Part shown: in pieces, positions 44,805 to 54,227 of the stretch
Layout: every line of letters starts with the position of its first letter
Position numbering within the stretch: position 1 is the first letter of the stretch
Assembly (NCBI GenBank): GCA_964344635.1
Contig: CAYFOE010000001.1
Span: 4,101-68,100 of the forward strand
Direction of reading: 5' to 3'
Length of the DNA: 64,000 bases
DNA from: Candidatus Woesearchaeota archaeon
Lineage (GTDB): Archaea > Nanobdellota > Nanobdellia > SCGC-AAA011-G17 > UBA489
Program-made: the position numbers and the translations under genes
Notes under the pieces: generated by a model
Database searches by the model: none
The model's input: only the letters and a program-made list of their open reading frames with translations
Told to the model about the DNA's origin: nothing

Positions 44805-45527
44805 TTGTTATTTCTTACAATTGTTAGAATGAACATACACGAAAACATTGAAATTGTGGATTTAGCACTTAAATATAAAGACTGTTTAATACTCGGAGAC
44901 CTACAATTAGGGTACGAAGAATATCTTTCTAGAGGTGGCGTAGTTGTTCCTAGATTTCAAACTGAAGATGTCCTAGAGAGAATAAGACATATCTTAGACG
45001 AGGCTCGAGATGTTAAGAAAGTAATCTTTAATGGAGACATAAAACACCATTTTGGAAAAATAACACCTCAAGAATGGGATGCCGTAGGGAGACTAATGGA
45101 AGAACTAATTGGCAAGTACAAAGTGGTGATTGTTAAAGGAAATCACGATGTTATGCTTGGCCCCATACTGAAAAAATACGGGAACAGAATCGAATTCCTA
45201 GATAGTTACGAACTCGAGGATGTTCTGATAACCCACGGAGACAAAATAAAGATAAGCAATAAAAAACTAATAATAATTGGGCACGAACACCCAGCAATTA
45301 GTTTTGATGAAAAACCTGGAGAAAAATATAAATGTTTTTTGAAAGGAAAATACGGAAAATCAGATTTAATTGTGATGCCTTCCTTCAGCACACTAACAGT
45401 TGGTACAGACATCAGGTTTGGAAAATTTTTAAGTCCCTACTTAAGCAAAGACCTAAATAAGTTTGAGATTTATGTCATCGAAGATAAAGCATATTACTTT
45501 GGCAAGATCAGAGATCTACCTAATTAA
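44805..45527 (+). CDS. calcineurin-like metallophosphoesterase
   Basis: GDLQLG, NGD, GNHD, GHEH metal-binding motifs in canonical order; start may be Met9 (44829). Confidence 0.7.
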   Translation: MLFLTIVRMNIHENIEIVDLALKYKDCLILGDLQLGYEEYLSRGGVVVPRFQTEDVLERIRHILDEARDVKKVIFNGDIKHHFGKITPQEWDAVGRLMEELIGKYKVVIVKGNHDVMLGPILKKYGNRIEFLDSYELEDVLITHGDKIKISNKKLIIIGHEHPAISFDEKPGEKYKCFLKGKYGKSDLIVMPSFSTLTVGTDIRFGKFLSPYLSKDLNKFEIYVIEDKAYYFGKIRDLPN

Positions 45528-45557
45528 AAAAATTGGGTGTAGTTGTCCACACCCATG

Positions 45558-45725
45558 TGGTTCTCGAACTTAGTTAGATACTAACTTAACTCCGAATAAT
45601 AACACTAAAAAGTGCCATACATTTATCCCCCAGAGTCCTGGACCGAAGCCTAGATCCCCTGCAACATATAGGATACCTGCAATAAGTAGAACCCATTTAC
45701 ACTGTGCTGGACAATCGCATTTCAT
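45558..45725 (-). CDS. small membrane protein (55 aa; MKCDCPAQC N-terminus + 2 hydrophobic segments), below track cutoff
   Basis: Minus-strand ATG at 45723-45725, stop 45558-45560. Directly followed on the minus strand by hairpin GGGTGT-n8-ACACCC (45535-45554) and a T7 run, an intrinsic-terminator-like structure. Confidence 0.3.
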
Positions 45726-45848
45726 ATCGAAACACCTCCGTAGTTTTATTTTGAGGAGTTCTCAATACTTATATTGTTTTCTATTGTAGTCTTAAGCAAA
45801 TTTAACGCTAACAAAAGATTTATAGGCTTATTTAAGAGTTTAAAATAT

Positions 45849-46274
45849 ATGTTTCAAAAAAGAGGTCAGGCAGGTATTGAGTATGTTATACTTGTTGGTT
45901 TATTGTTATTCTTTTTCATACCCTTGATACATTACTCATTCCAAGAAACAAACAATTCCATTAAAGAAAGTCAATTAGACAGTTTTATTGGCAGACTATC
46001 AAAAGGTGTTGAGACAGTTCATTCAATTGGTCCCGGATCAAAAGAGATCATAGTTGTGACACTCCCTAGAGGCATCCAAGAAGCAAATTTAATTAATGGT
46101 GAAGAAGGAAGTTTAAGTGAAATAGTTTTGAAAGTTGAATTTCGTGGAGGAGTGTCAGACATACATGCAACCGTTAAGCCAAGAATTTTTGGGACACTAC
46201 CTACGAGTCCCGGAACATATCATTTGAGGCTCGTTAGTCTGAACGAAACTTCAGTAAATATTAGCATAAACTAA
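45849..46274 (+). CDS. archaeal type IV pilin-like protein 1 (class III signal peptide)
   Basis: MFQKRGQAGIEYVILVGLLLFFFIPL: basic KRGQ followed by a hydrophobic helix, matching the prepilin peptidase (PibD/EppA/FlaK) substrate pattern; start trimmed to Met26. Confidence 0.6.
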   Translation: MFQKRGQAGIEYVILVGLLLFFFIPLIHYSFQETNNSIKESQLDSFIGRLSKGVETVHSIGPGSKEIIVVTLPRGIQEANLINGEEGSLSEIVLKVEFRGGVSDIHATVKPRIFGTLPTSPGTYHLRLVSLNETSVNISIN

Positions 46275-46275
46275 A

Positions 46276-46680
46276 ATGGTTAGAAAAAATAAAAGAGGTC
46301 AAGTAAGTATTGAAATAATGTACTCCATAGGGGTTTTGTTATTAATTTTTATTCTTTTAACAGCAGTTACCTTTAGCAAAAGAGTTGATGTTCGAAAAAC
46401 TGATGAAACAGTAAAGAAAAAAAACGATTGTAACGAAATATCAAGCGCACTAAACAGAATCCTGGCACTAGGAGACGGGTATAGCACTGACATCTACACA
46501 CCCTACAATCTTGACCTTTTCGAAGCAGGTTTGATCGTAATTGGAGATCCAGGAGTGTCATCAACAGAAATAGAACTAGTTTGCACATTCGAAGGCATTT
46601 TGGCCAAAGAGTATAGAGACCTAACTGGAAGTCAAAGATTCAACAACACAGGAGGCATTATATGGGTTGTAGAATTTTGA
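46276..46680 (+). CDS. archaeal type IV pilin-like protein 2
   Basis: MVRKNKRGQVSIEIMYSIGVLLLIFILL class III signal peptide. Confidence 0.6.
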   Translation: MVRKNKRGQVSIEIMYSIGVLLLIFILLTAVTFSKRVDVRKTDETVKKKNDCNEISSALNRILALGDGYSTDIYTPYNLDLFEAGLIVIGDPGVSSTEIELVCTFEGILAKEYRDLTGSQRFNNTGGIIWVVEF

Positions 46681-47327
46681 AGAAAGGCCAAGCTAACTCA
46701 AGCGAGATTTTAATAGTCATGATCCTAGTCTTATTAACCACAATTCCCTTGAGCAGCGGAGTTTTGAAAGGTTTCGGAGACAGAGTCAATTATGAAAACC
46801 GTTATCAAAAAGGAGCAGAAATAACTGGAGCAATCATTTCAGTCTCCCAACTAGGACCCGGAAATTCAATAAGCATAAGCTCAAATTACGATTATGAAAT
46901 CAAAGACAATAGTTTGATTTACTATGATGAAGAAGGGAGTGAAATTTCAAACCCCATTCTCCCAAGAGTTCCAGATTCAACTGCAGGAAACGGAATAATT
47001 GAAATCATTAATTCGCCCGAAGGAATATTCTTTGGAAATTCTCCAGAACTAATAAAAGTTGAACCAGAAACGGTAAGCAATTCTGGTGAAATCTCTCTTG
47101 AAGGAAAATACCTCAGCGAAGACATTTTAGTTTATTTAGACGGAGAAGAAGTTAGTCACCTATTTGAAAATGACGAATTAATTTGGATCAACATTGGAAT
47201 TTTAAATGAAGGAGAGCATGAAATTTATGTCGTTAGACAAGTTAGTAACAAAGATTTAATATCACCGACCATTAAATTTAATTTTGTAAAGGAGAAAAAT
47301 CTAGTAAAGAATGTTAAACAAAAATAA
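46677..47327 (+). CDS. archaeal type IV pilin-like protein 3 (probable TTG start)
   Basis: (L/M)KKGQANSSEILIVMILVLLTTIPL. TTG at 46677 overlaps the upstream stop by 4 nt (TTGA); alternative ATG at 46662. Confidence 0.55.
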   Translation: MKKGQANSSEILIVMILVLLTTIPLSSGVLKGFGDRVNYENRYQKGAEITGAIISVSQLGPGNSISISSNYDYEIKDNSLIYYDEEGSEISNPILPRVPDSTAGNGIIEIINSPEGIFFGNSPELIKVEPETVSNSGEISLEGKYLSEDILVYLDGEEVSHLFENDELIWINIGILNEGEHEIYVVRQVSNKDLISPTIKFNFVKEKNLVKNVKQK

Positions 47328-47847
47328 AAGAGGGCAGGCAGCAATTACAGACCTATTTGTTGCAGTAGGAATTTTTATCATACTCGTAACCATAACCTCG
47401 GTTTTATGGAACCTATACCAAGTTAGACTGGTTAACCGTATAGAATACGACGATCTCGTAACTAAAACTTTTGAAATGTCCGACATGATGCTAAAAACCC
47501 CAGGCTACCCAGATAATTGGGATTACTTGATACTTGCAGGAGAGATTACAAAAGATGACATCCAATACATTGGATTAGTTGAAGAAGAACTAAAAATACC
47601 CTACAACAAAACGGCCGCCATGGATAGCGCCCTATTACAAGAAGACGGGATACGAGAAATATTCCGTGCAGGATCCTACAGACTAGGAATTAGGATTAGA
47701 AACCATGCAGGCGACGAAGTTTACACAATGGGAAGAGTTAGCGGAGGAAGTAAATTCTCAGTCAACCTAGGAAGAGACGTCTTATACCAAAATGAATCCG
47801 GCGGAGAATTCCATCCAGCAATTGTAGAGGTGATCTTAAGCAAATGA
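47311..47847 (+). CDS. archaeal type IV pilin-like protein 4
   Basis: MLNKNKRGQAAITDLFVAVGIFIILV class III signal peptide. Confidence 0.6.
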   Translation: MLNKNKRGQAAITDLFVAVGIFIILVTITSVLWNLYQVRLVNRIEYDDLVTKTFEMSDMMLKTPGYPDNWDYLILAGEITKDDIQYIGLVEEELKIPYNKTAAMDSALLQEDGIREIFRAGSYRLGIRIRNHAGDEVYTMGRVSGGSKFSVNLGRDVLYQNESGGEFHPAIVEVILSK

Positions 47848-48632
47848 AAACCGGAAAGAAAGGAATCATATTTGCACTAGATGGAGCGATTGCAGTATCA
47901 GTCGTCTTAATTATGTTAATCAATACAACCTACTATTTTACCACAACGTCCAAAGAATCACTATCTCAATCCCAAGTCATCAAAAGAGGATATGATGTAG
48001 TTGCAATGTTTGATGAAGCAGGAAGGTTGGATAGAGCCATAAGAAATATTCCAGAAAGTAGCAGTTATGTTCCTGAAGACGGAGTTGATGGGCTCTTAGT
48101 CTCGGATTATCTGCCCAACGGATATAACATGACCATAACGCTGCATGATGCCTTTAAGACTCCCTGCTTTAACAGATGCACATTTACAAATTCAGTCATG
48201 ATCAGTAAGAAAAGATTGGACGAAGGAGGAGACAAATATGTACAGATTAACATGGACACCATCAACCTTGCCTCTGCAGATCCAAGAGTAACCATGAGAT
48301 ATACCGGGAATAAAGAATATGAATTTACTAAAATCTGCGACGTAGGAGAAACTTGCACCTACACAACCACCGAAAGAGTTGAAGGACTGAGAAACGGTTT
48401 TCCAGATCCATTCTTGCAAATTACCTCTGAAGACGGTAGTGAATATGAATTAAACTGGATTAGAGTCTTAGACGATGGAGCTTACGATTTAAGCACCAAC
48501 AGAGACATCCCAGAAAATCAATTTATAGGTAGTGGAGAAAGATGGTATTCCGCATTCGATGAAAACGGACATTTCGAAGGAATGCACAAAGTATCATTTA
48601 GAATATGGATTGAAGGTGAAATCTTTGAATAA
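47844..48632 (+). CDS. archaeal type IV pilin-like protein 5
   Basis: MKTGKKGIIFALDGAIAVSVVLIML; ATGA overlap with the upstream gene. Confidence 0.55.
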   Translation: MKTGKKGIIFALDGAIAVSVVLIMLINTTYYFTTTSKESLSQSQVIKRGYDVVAMFDEAGRLDRAIRNIPESSSYVPEDGVDGLLVSDYLPNGYNMTITLHDAFKTPCFNRCTFTNSVMISKKRLDEGGDKYVQINMDTINLASADPRVTMRYTGNKEYEFTKICDVGETCTYTTTERVEGLRNGFPDPFLQITSEDGSEYELNWIRVLDDGAYDLSTNRDIPENQFIGSGERWYSAFDENGHFEGMHKVSFRIWIEGEIFE

Positions 48633-49725
48633 AAAAGGAATATTAATGACCCTAGGGTTAGTTTTTGTAAGTTTGACAATTCTTGCATTTGCACACGTCG
48701 TCCTAGACCATTCTGAAACCTCTGAAGAAAGAATTAAAGAATTTGGTGAAACTGAAAGACTCTACAACATGGACCAATCAATTTCTAGAAGTCTAAGCAG
48801 AATGTCCATTGAAGGAATGAACAAAACACATAGAATTACCACAGAAGGAAACATAATCCGATTAAATACCCACTTCACTGGAGAAATGAACCCTGAAGAA
48901 ACAGACATCATAAACCAATTCGAAATAACCAGAGATAGAGTTGAAAACGAATCTGGAATCAATTTCACTGGAAGAAACCCATTCATGGGAGAAAATGATT
49001 TTCCACTAAGCATACAAAACTATTTAGAATTTGAAAACAGTACACGATATCACCTGCATCACGATAAGTCCATGTACATAGACTTTACAACCTGGCCCGA
49101 AAATCTAATTTACTTTAATAACTTTAACGAGACAAACACTGAAAGCATAAATGTTACAATAATCTCTGATGAAACTCAACTGTATTTACCAGAACCTTCA
49201 GTAAATGCCCATCCCCCGACCTGTACAGATTGTATAAACCTCACAATAAATAATTTTTATTCCAACTTGCCAAAAGATCAAGTTTCAATGGGCGTTAAAC
49301 AACTAGATGTTACCAGAACCCAAGTTTATTTCAAAAACATATTTGAAATGCATACAACACACCCCACATGGTCAGGAGATAATGTAACTCTTGTAGGAAG
49401 CTGGACAAACAGCTCACAAAGCGAAAATAATTTTGATTACTACGTCGAAACTAAAGACGGCCTTGTTCTAACAATGCCCAACCTAGAACCTACTTCTTCA
49501 GGAGGATGTATTCCCGGAGGATCAAATATATTCGACCTACTTTATTTCGGAACATATTCCCAAAGCCATTGTTTAGCAGAAGATATACAAGTAATCATAG
49601 AAGTTAAACTAAGAGGGGAAGATGGGAAGAGAACGGTAAAACTTGTTGGCCCCCCAGCATATGATGTTTCACCACCATTATTGGACACATACGGTCTGGA
49701 CTTAGGAATGAAGTACTTTACATGA
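48625..49725 (+). CDS. large pilin-like/minor pilin or tip adhesin candidate (class III signal peptide, probable TTG start)
   Basis: In-frame TTG at 48625 gives (M)NKKGILMTLGLVFVSLTILAF; ATG alternative at 48646; about 365-aa Asn/Thr-rich extracellular domain. Confidence 0.5.
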   Translation: MNKKGILMTLGLVFVSLTILAFAHVVLDHSETSEERIKEFGETERLYNMDQSISRSLSRMSIEGMNKTHRITTEGNIIRLNTHFTGEMNPEETDIINQFEITRDRVENESGINFTGRNPFMGENDFPLSIQNYLEFENSTRYHLHHDKSMYIDFTTWPENLIYFNNFNETNTESINVTIISDETQLYLPEPSVNAHPPTCTDCINLTINNFYSNLPKDQVSMGVKQLDVTRTQVYFKNIFEMHTTHPTWSGDNVTLVGSWTNSSQSENNFDYYVETKDGLVLTMPNLEPTSSGGCIPGGSNIFDLLYFGTYSQSHCLAEDIQVIIEVKLRGEDGKRTVKLVGPPAYDVSPPLLDTYGLDLGMKYFT

Positions 49726-49767
49726 GATCAAATAGTTTATAAATAATTTTAGAGTAATATTAATGCT

Positions 49768-50847
49768 ATGGAGAGGTTTTTTAAGGTTCTGCTGGTCTTA
49801 GGGATAGTTTTATCTCTGTCTTCGTTGTATTTTTTGATGATTGAATCAATTTATGCAATTTTCTTTTCAATATTTGGCGTAATGATCGTAGGTTTTTCCG
49901 TATTTGAAATTATAAGCTTGAAGAAAAAAGGCATTGTTAGAAAGAAAGTCAAACCTGTTGCTTCCAAAGTTAAGGCAAGAGAGGACATATCCTGGACATA
50001 CTACGACGTTAACAAAGTCGAAAAAGACAGAACCGAAGAAGAAAAAATAATCGAAGAACACGTTAAACATACCAAATCTAGTAAATTGTTGCATTGGTTT
50101 AAACTGAGAAAAGAGCCAAAAATTTCGGGAAAAGCTATTGAAAAAGAATTAGCTGGTGAAAAAAATAAAATTTCTAAGGATGGAAAAAAGACTAAAGAAT
50201 CACAACTAAAAAAATACATTCACGAAGCATTAGATTCAAAAGTTCCTAAAAATGAAATCATTAAAGCCTGTCTTCAATCAGGATGGCCCGAAAATAAAGT
50301 TAACGAAGTATTCAATTCCCTTAACCGAAAGAAAAGCGGTAAAAAGTTTGGAACCTTCATTAGCCTAGTTGTTTTGACCATATTCTTGAGCATAGGATTA
50401 ATGATAACTGGGAACTTTCTGATAGGTTACTGGTTAACCTCCTTGAAGGCAATTTCAAGTGCAGTCTATTACTCTCTATTAAGTCTGATTGTGATTTCTG
50501 TAGGAATCATCATATTCGACGTAAAAGATAAATTAACCGAGAAGAAGAAAACATATAAGATTCAACAAGAAGAGACTGTTTCTGAGATCAAAGGAGAAAT
50601 GAAAGAAAGTCCTGAAATTGTTATTGGAGATGGGTTCTCCACAGACATAGATAAGCTATTAGAATTAGTCAATAAGAAAAGTAAATTAACAGTTACAGAG
50701 GTGGCAGGAATATTCAATATATCAAAGAAAGAGGCTGAACAATGGGGAAAGATATTAAAAGATGAGGGTCTCATTACACTTTATTATCCTACTGTAGGTG
50801 ATGTAGAATTACGGATGAAAAAGAAGGTGAAAGTAAAAGAGGAGTGA
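49768..50847 (+). CDS. pilus-locus membrane protein with C-terminal winged-helix-like segment, hypothetical
   Basis: Two N-terminal TM helices, Lys-rich linker, two more TM helices, then C-terminal LTVTEVAGIFNISKKEAEQWGKILKDEGLITL HTH-like segment; 4-nt overlap with the downstream ATPase. Confidence 0.45.
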   Translation: MERFFKVLLVLGIVLSLSSLYFLMIESIYAIFFSIFGVMIVGFSVFEIISLKKKGIVRKKVKPVASKVKAREDISWTYYDVNKVEKDRTEEEKIIEEHVKHTKSSKLLHWFKLRKEPKISGKAIEKELAGEKNKISKDGKKTKESQLKKYIHEALDSKVPKNEIIKACLQSGWPENKVNEVFNSLNRKKSGKKFGTFISLVVLTIFLSIGLMITGNFLIGYWLTSLKAISSAVYYSLLSLIVISVGIIIFDVKDKLTEKKKTYKIQQEETVSEIKGEMKESPEIVIGDGFSTDIDKLLELVNKKSKLTVTEVAGIFNISKKEAEQWGKILKDEGLITLYYPTVGDVELRMKKKVKVKEE

Positions 50848-52331
50848 TAGAAGAGTACAAAGTTAAGACAGATGACCTTGTACTTGATGTTTCTATTCAC
50901 GGCGGAAAAGGACTTAGCAAGAGCTACCATATTGCCGTTCCAAAATTAACCATTGCAACCAGAGCATTAATGGATAATGTAAAAAGTGGACTTATCTCTG
51001 AAGTAACAATCAGTAATAAAGAAATCATAGACCCCAAAGCTATCTTAATATTAAAAGAAAGGTTTAGCAATAAAGCAAGAAAATTACTTAGGGAAAAAGT
51101 TTCTAGTATCTCCGATGAAACCATCAATTTTCTAGTCAATATCCTAATGCAAGACATGCTAGGTCTTGGAGAAATTGAATATATTTTGAATGATGTTAAC
51201 CTGGAAGAGATTGTCATTACCTCTTCAAAAGAACCCGTCAGAGTCTACCACAAATCACATGGTTGGCTTGAAACAAACATCACTCCAAACAATGAAGACC
51301 AGATATTAAATTATTCCAACATTATCGGTAGAAGAGTGGGTAGACAGATTAGCACCCTGACACCATTGTTAGATGCACACCTAGTTACCGGAGACAGAGC
51401 AAATGCCGTACTATTCCCCGTTTCCACCAAAGGACATACCATCACAATCCGTAAGTTCGCAAGAGACCCCTGGACCATGGTCGATCTGATCAAGAACAAA
51501 ACAGTCCCTGCAGAAATACTATCCTTAATCTGGCTATCAATCCAATATGAAATGAACGTTCTGATAAGTGGGGGAACTGCTTCAGGTAAAACCTCATTCC
51601 TAAATGTTTGTATGCCATTCATTCCACCCAATCAAAGAATCGTAAGCATAGAGGATACAAGAGAATTACAACTACCTAAGTTCCTTTATTGGTGTCCTTT
51701 GACAGTAAGACAACCTAACCCCGAAGGTAAAGGTGAAGTTTCCATGCTTGACCTGCTAGTTAATTCCCTACGTATGAGACCTGACAGGATCATCCTAGGA
51801 GAGATGAGAAAGAAACAACAAGCAGAAGTTATGTTTGAAGCGATGCATACCGGGCACTCAGTTTATGCTACAGTTCACGCAGATACCGTTGAAGAAACCA
51901 TCCAAAGACTTACCAACCCACCTATCGAAGTTCCCAAGAACTTATTGACAGCAGTTAACTTGAATGTAGTTATGTTTAGAGATAGAAGGTTAGGATTTAG
52001 AAGAGCTATGCAAGTAGGTGAATTCATCCCCTCAATGGATGAAGCAGGAAATTCAATCAAACCAAACGTAATCTACAGATGGAAAGCCTCAAACGACACA
52101 ATGGTTGAACATGCTGCACCAGTGAGATTGTTTGCCGAATTAAGTAGGGTTACAGGAATGTCTATGGATGAGATTAACAGAGATTTACAAAGAAAACAGA
52201 AAATACTGAATTGGATGGTTAAAGAAAATATTAACAATGTAGATGCTGTAGGAGAAATTATGAGAGAATATTATACTGATCCAAACTCTGTTCTGAAAAA
52301 GGCAGGAGCTAATATGGATGAACAAAAATGA
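50844..52331 (+). CDS. type IV filament assembly ATPase (FlaI/TadA/VirB11 superfamily)
   Basis: Walker A ISGGTASGKTSFLN, Asp box VSIEDTRELQL, Walker B/His box region; 495 aa. Confidence 0.85.
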   Translation: MIEEYKVKTDDLVLDVSIHGGKGLSKSYHIAVPKLTIATRALMDNVKSGLISEVTISNKEIIDPKAILILKERFSNKARKLLREKVSSISDETINFLVNILMQDMLGLGEIEYILNDVNLEEIVITSSKEPVRVYHKSHGWLETNITPNNEDQILNYSNIIGRRVGRQISTLTPLLDAHLVTGDRANAVLFPVSTKGHTITIRKFARDPWTMVDLIKNKTVPAEILSLIWLSIQYEMNVLISGGTASGKTSFLNVCMPFIPPNQRIVSIEDTRELQLPKFLYWCPLTVRQPNPEGKGEVSMLDLLVNSLRMRPDRIILGEMRKKQQAEVMFEAMHTGHSVYATVHADTVEETIQRLTNPPIEVPKNLLTAVNLNVVMFRDRRLGFRRAMQVGEFIPSMDEAGNSIKPNVIYRWKASNDTMVEHAAPVRLFAELSRVTGMSMDEINRDLQRKQKILNWMVKENINNVDAVGEIMREYYTDPNSVLKKAGANMDEQK

Positions 52332-53212
52332 TAAAAGTACCATTCTCAATACTACCTCAAAAAAAGCTATACCAATTTGCTAGATCCTTTAGAGGTCTTG
52401 CTCAAAAACTAGAAAGAAAATTTCCATTCTTAGAAATACACTTGAAACAAGCAGAATCTAAATTAGACGCTGTAGATTATGTGAGCATGTCTTTGGCTGC
52501 ATCACTAATGGTCCTAGGATTCATGATCTTTGCTTCATTGCCCGCACTAAGATTTGGTGCCCCAGTAGGACTAATCTTCATGGTTGCATTTGTCGTTACC
52601 TTTTTCATATTCTTCCAACAACTAGGATATCCCAAGTTAATTGCATCTAAAAGGATTAGACTGATTGAACAGAACTTATTGCCAGCCTTGCAAGACATGC
52701 ATGTTGAACTTAATGCAGGAATCCCCCTATTTAATATTCTAGTTAATGTTTCGAATGCAAACTACGGCGAGTTTTCAGAAGAAATTGGAAAAGCTGTAAG
52801 AGAAATTAATTCTGGAAAAGACCAAGCAGAAGCCTTAGAAGAGCTAGCCGTTAGAAACCCATCATTGCTATTTAGAAGATCCCTCTGGCAAATAGTTAAT
52901 GGAATGAAGACCGGAGCAGATATTGGCAACTTGATTAAAGATGTCATGAATGGAATCTCAGACGAACAATTAACACAAATTCAAAAATATGGTGGACAGT
53001 TAAGTCCTCTTGCACTGTTCTACATGCTTATTGCAGTTATTGCTCCCTCCCTAGGAACCACATTCATCATCGTACTCTCCTCATTCATCTCATTAGAAGC
53101 GAACGTTGTTAAATTGATATTTTACGGAATATTAGTTATCACCATGTTCTTACAAATTATGTTTATGGGAGTAATAAAGGCTAGAAGGCCTTCATTGTTG
53201 AGTTACGATTAA
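52328..53212 (+). CDS. TadB-like platform membrane protein (T2SS-F domain), first half of a split FlaJ/TadC-like platform
   Basis: Polytopic membrane protein immediately after the ATPase (ATGA overlap). Confidence 0.6.
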   Translation: MIKVPFSILPQKKLYQFARSFRGLAQKLERKFPFLEIHLKQAESKLDAVDYVSMSLAASLMVLGFMIFASLPALRFGAPVGLIFMVAFVVTFFIFFQQLGYPKLIASKRIRLIEQNLLPALQDMHVELNAGIPLFNILVNVSNANYGEFSEEIGKAVREINSGKDQAEALEELAVRNPSLLFRRSLWQIVNGMKTGADIGNLIKDVMNGISDEQLTQIQKYGGQLSPLALFYMLIAVIAPSLGTTFIIVLSSFISLEANVVKLIFYGILVITMFLQIMFMGVIKARRPSLLSYD

Positions 53213-53213
53213 G

Positions 53214-54188
53214 ATGGCTAGAGTAATTGCCAGGATGTATCCTGAAAAAGTAAGAGAAGCATATAGACAGTTGTTAATTTATGCAAACATATCTACCCCT
53301 CTTGAGAGTTACCTGACCCACATGTTCTATGTTACATCCGTGATTTCAGTAATTGGATCTTTCTTCCTGAGTTTATTTTTGAACATTAATTTTCTAATAC
53401 TATTAGTCGGAGTGTTTATTCTTTCCCAATTCGTAGCCTATTCCTGGATGACCCTAAATGCTGAAGCTAGAGGTAAATTTGTTGAAGATTTATTACCAGA
53501 CCTACTACAACTTATGGCATCTAATCTGAGAGCAGGATACACACTAGATAGGGCCCTTTTATTAGCAGCTAGGCCAGAATTCGGAAACTTCAGAGAAGAA
53601 ATTAATAGGACGGGAAAAGATGTTGCAACAGGGACCGATTTTAACGATGCACTCTTAGATTTAAGCTCTAGAATCAAATCAAACAAACTTGAAAAATCAG
53701 TCCAGTTAATTGTTGCAGGTGTGAAAAGCGGAGGAAGTTTAGTTGACTTGCTTTCTCAATCCGCAAGTAATCTAAGACAACAAAAAATGATTGACGAAAG
53801 AATCAGATCTAATGTTCTGGTATATGTTATCTTTATTTTTGCGGCAATTGGATTCGGTGCACCAGTATTATTCAGCCTCAGCTCATTCTTAATCGACATC
53901 ATGAAGAACGTATTCTCTGAAATCGATTTACCGGACACTACAGGAAGCATAGACATCCCCATCAGTTTTTCAGAAGTTACAATTGAACCCTCATTCATCA
54001 TTAAATACACAATATTTTCAATGATAATTGCATCAGTAATGGGTTCGATGATTATTGGTCTGATCTCTAAAGGAAAAAAGAGAGCAGGTTTAAAATTCAT
54101 ACCCCTCTTAATCATTATTACAATCAGCTTGTTCTTTATAGTAAGGGCAATGATAGGAGCACTACTAGGCGGGCTGTTCTCACTATAG
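53214..54188 (+). CDS. TadC-like platform membrane protein (T2SS-F domain), second half
   Basis: Paralogous architecture to the previous gene (N-terminal TM pair, soluble helical domain, C-terminal TMs). Confidence 0.6.
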   Translation: MARVIARMYPEKVREAYRQLLIYANISTPLESYLTHMFYVTSVISVIGSFFLSLFLNINFLILLVGVFILSQFVAYSWMTLNAEARGKFVEDLLPDLLQLMASNLRAGYTLDRALLLAARPEFGNFREEINRTGKDVATGTDFNDALLDLSSRIKSNKLEKSVQLIVAGVKSGGSLVDLLSQSASNLRQQKMIDERIRSNVLVYVIFIFAAIGFGAPVLFSLSSFLIDIMKNVFSEIDLPDTTGSIDIPISFSEVTIEPSFIIKYTIFSMIIASVMGSMIIGLISKGKKRAGLKFIPLLIIITISLFFIVRAMIGALLGGLFSL

Positions 54189-54227
54189 AACTAAAGACTT
54201 TTATACTTGCTAGATTAAAGTTGAGAT

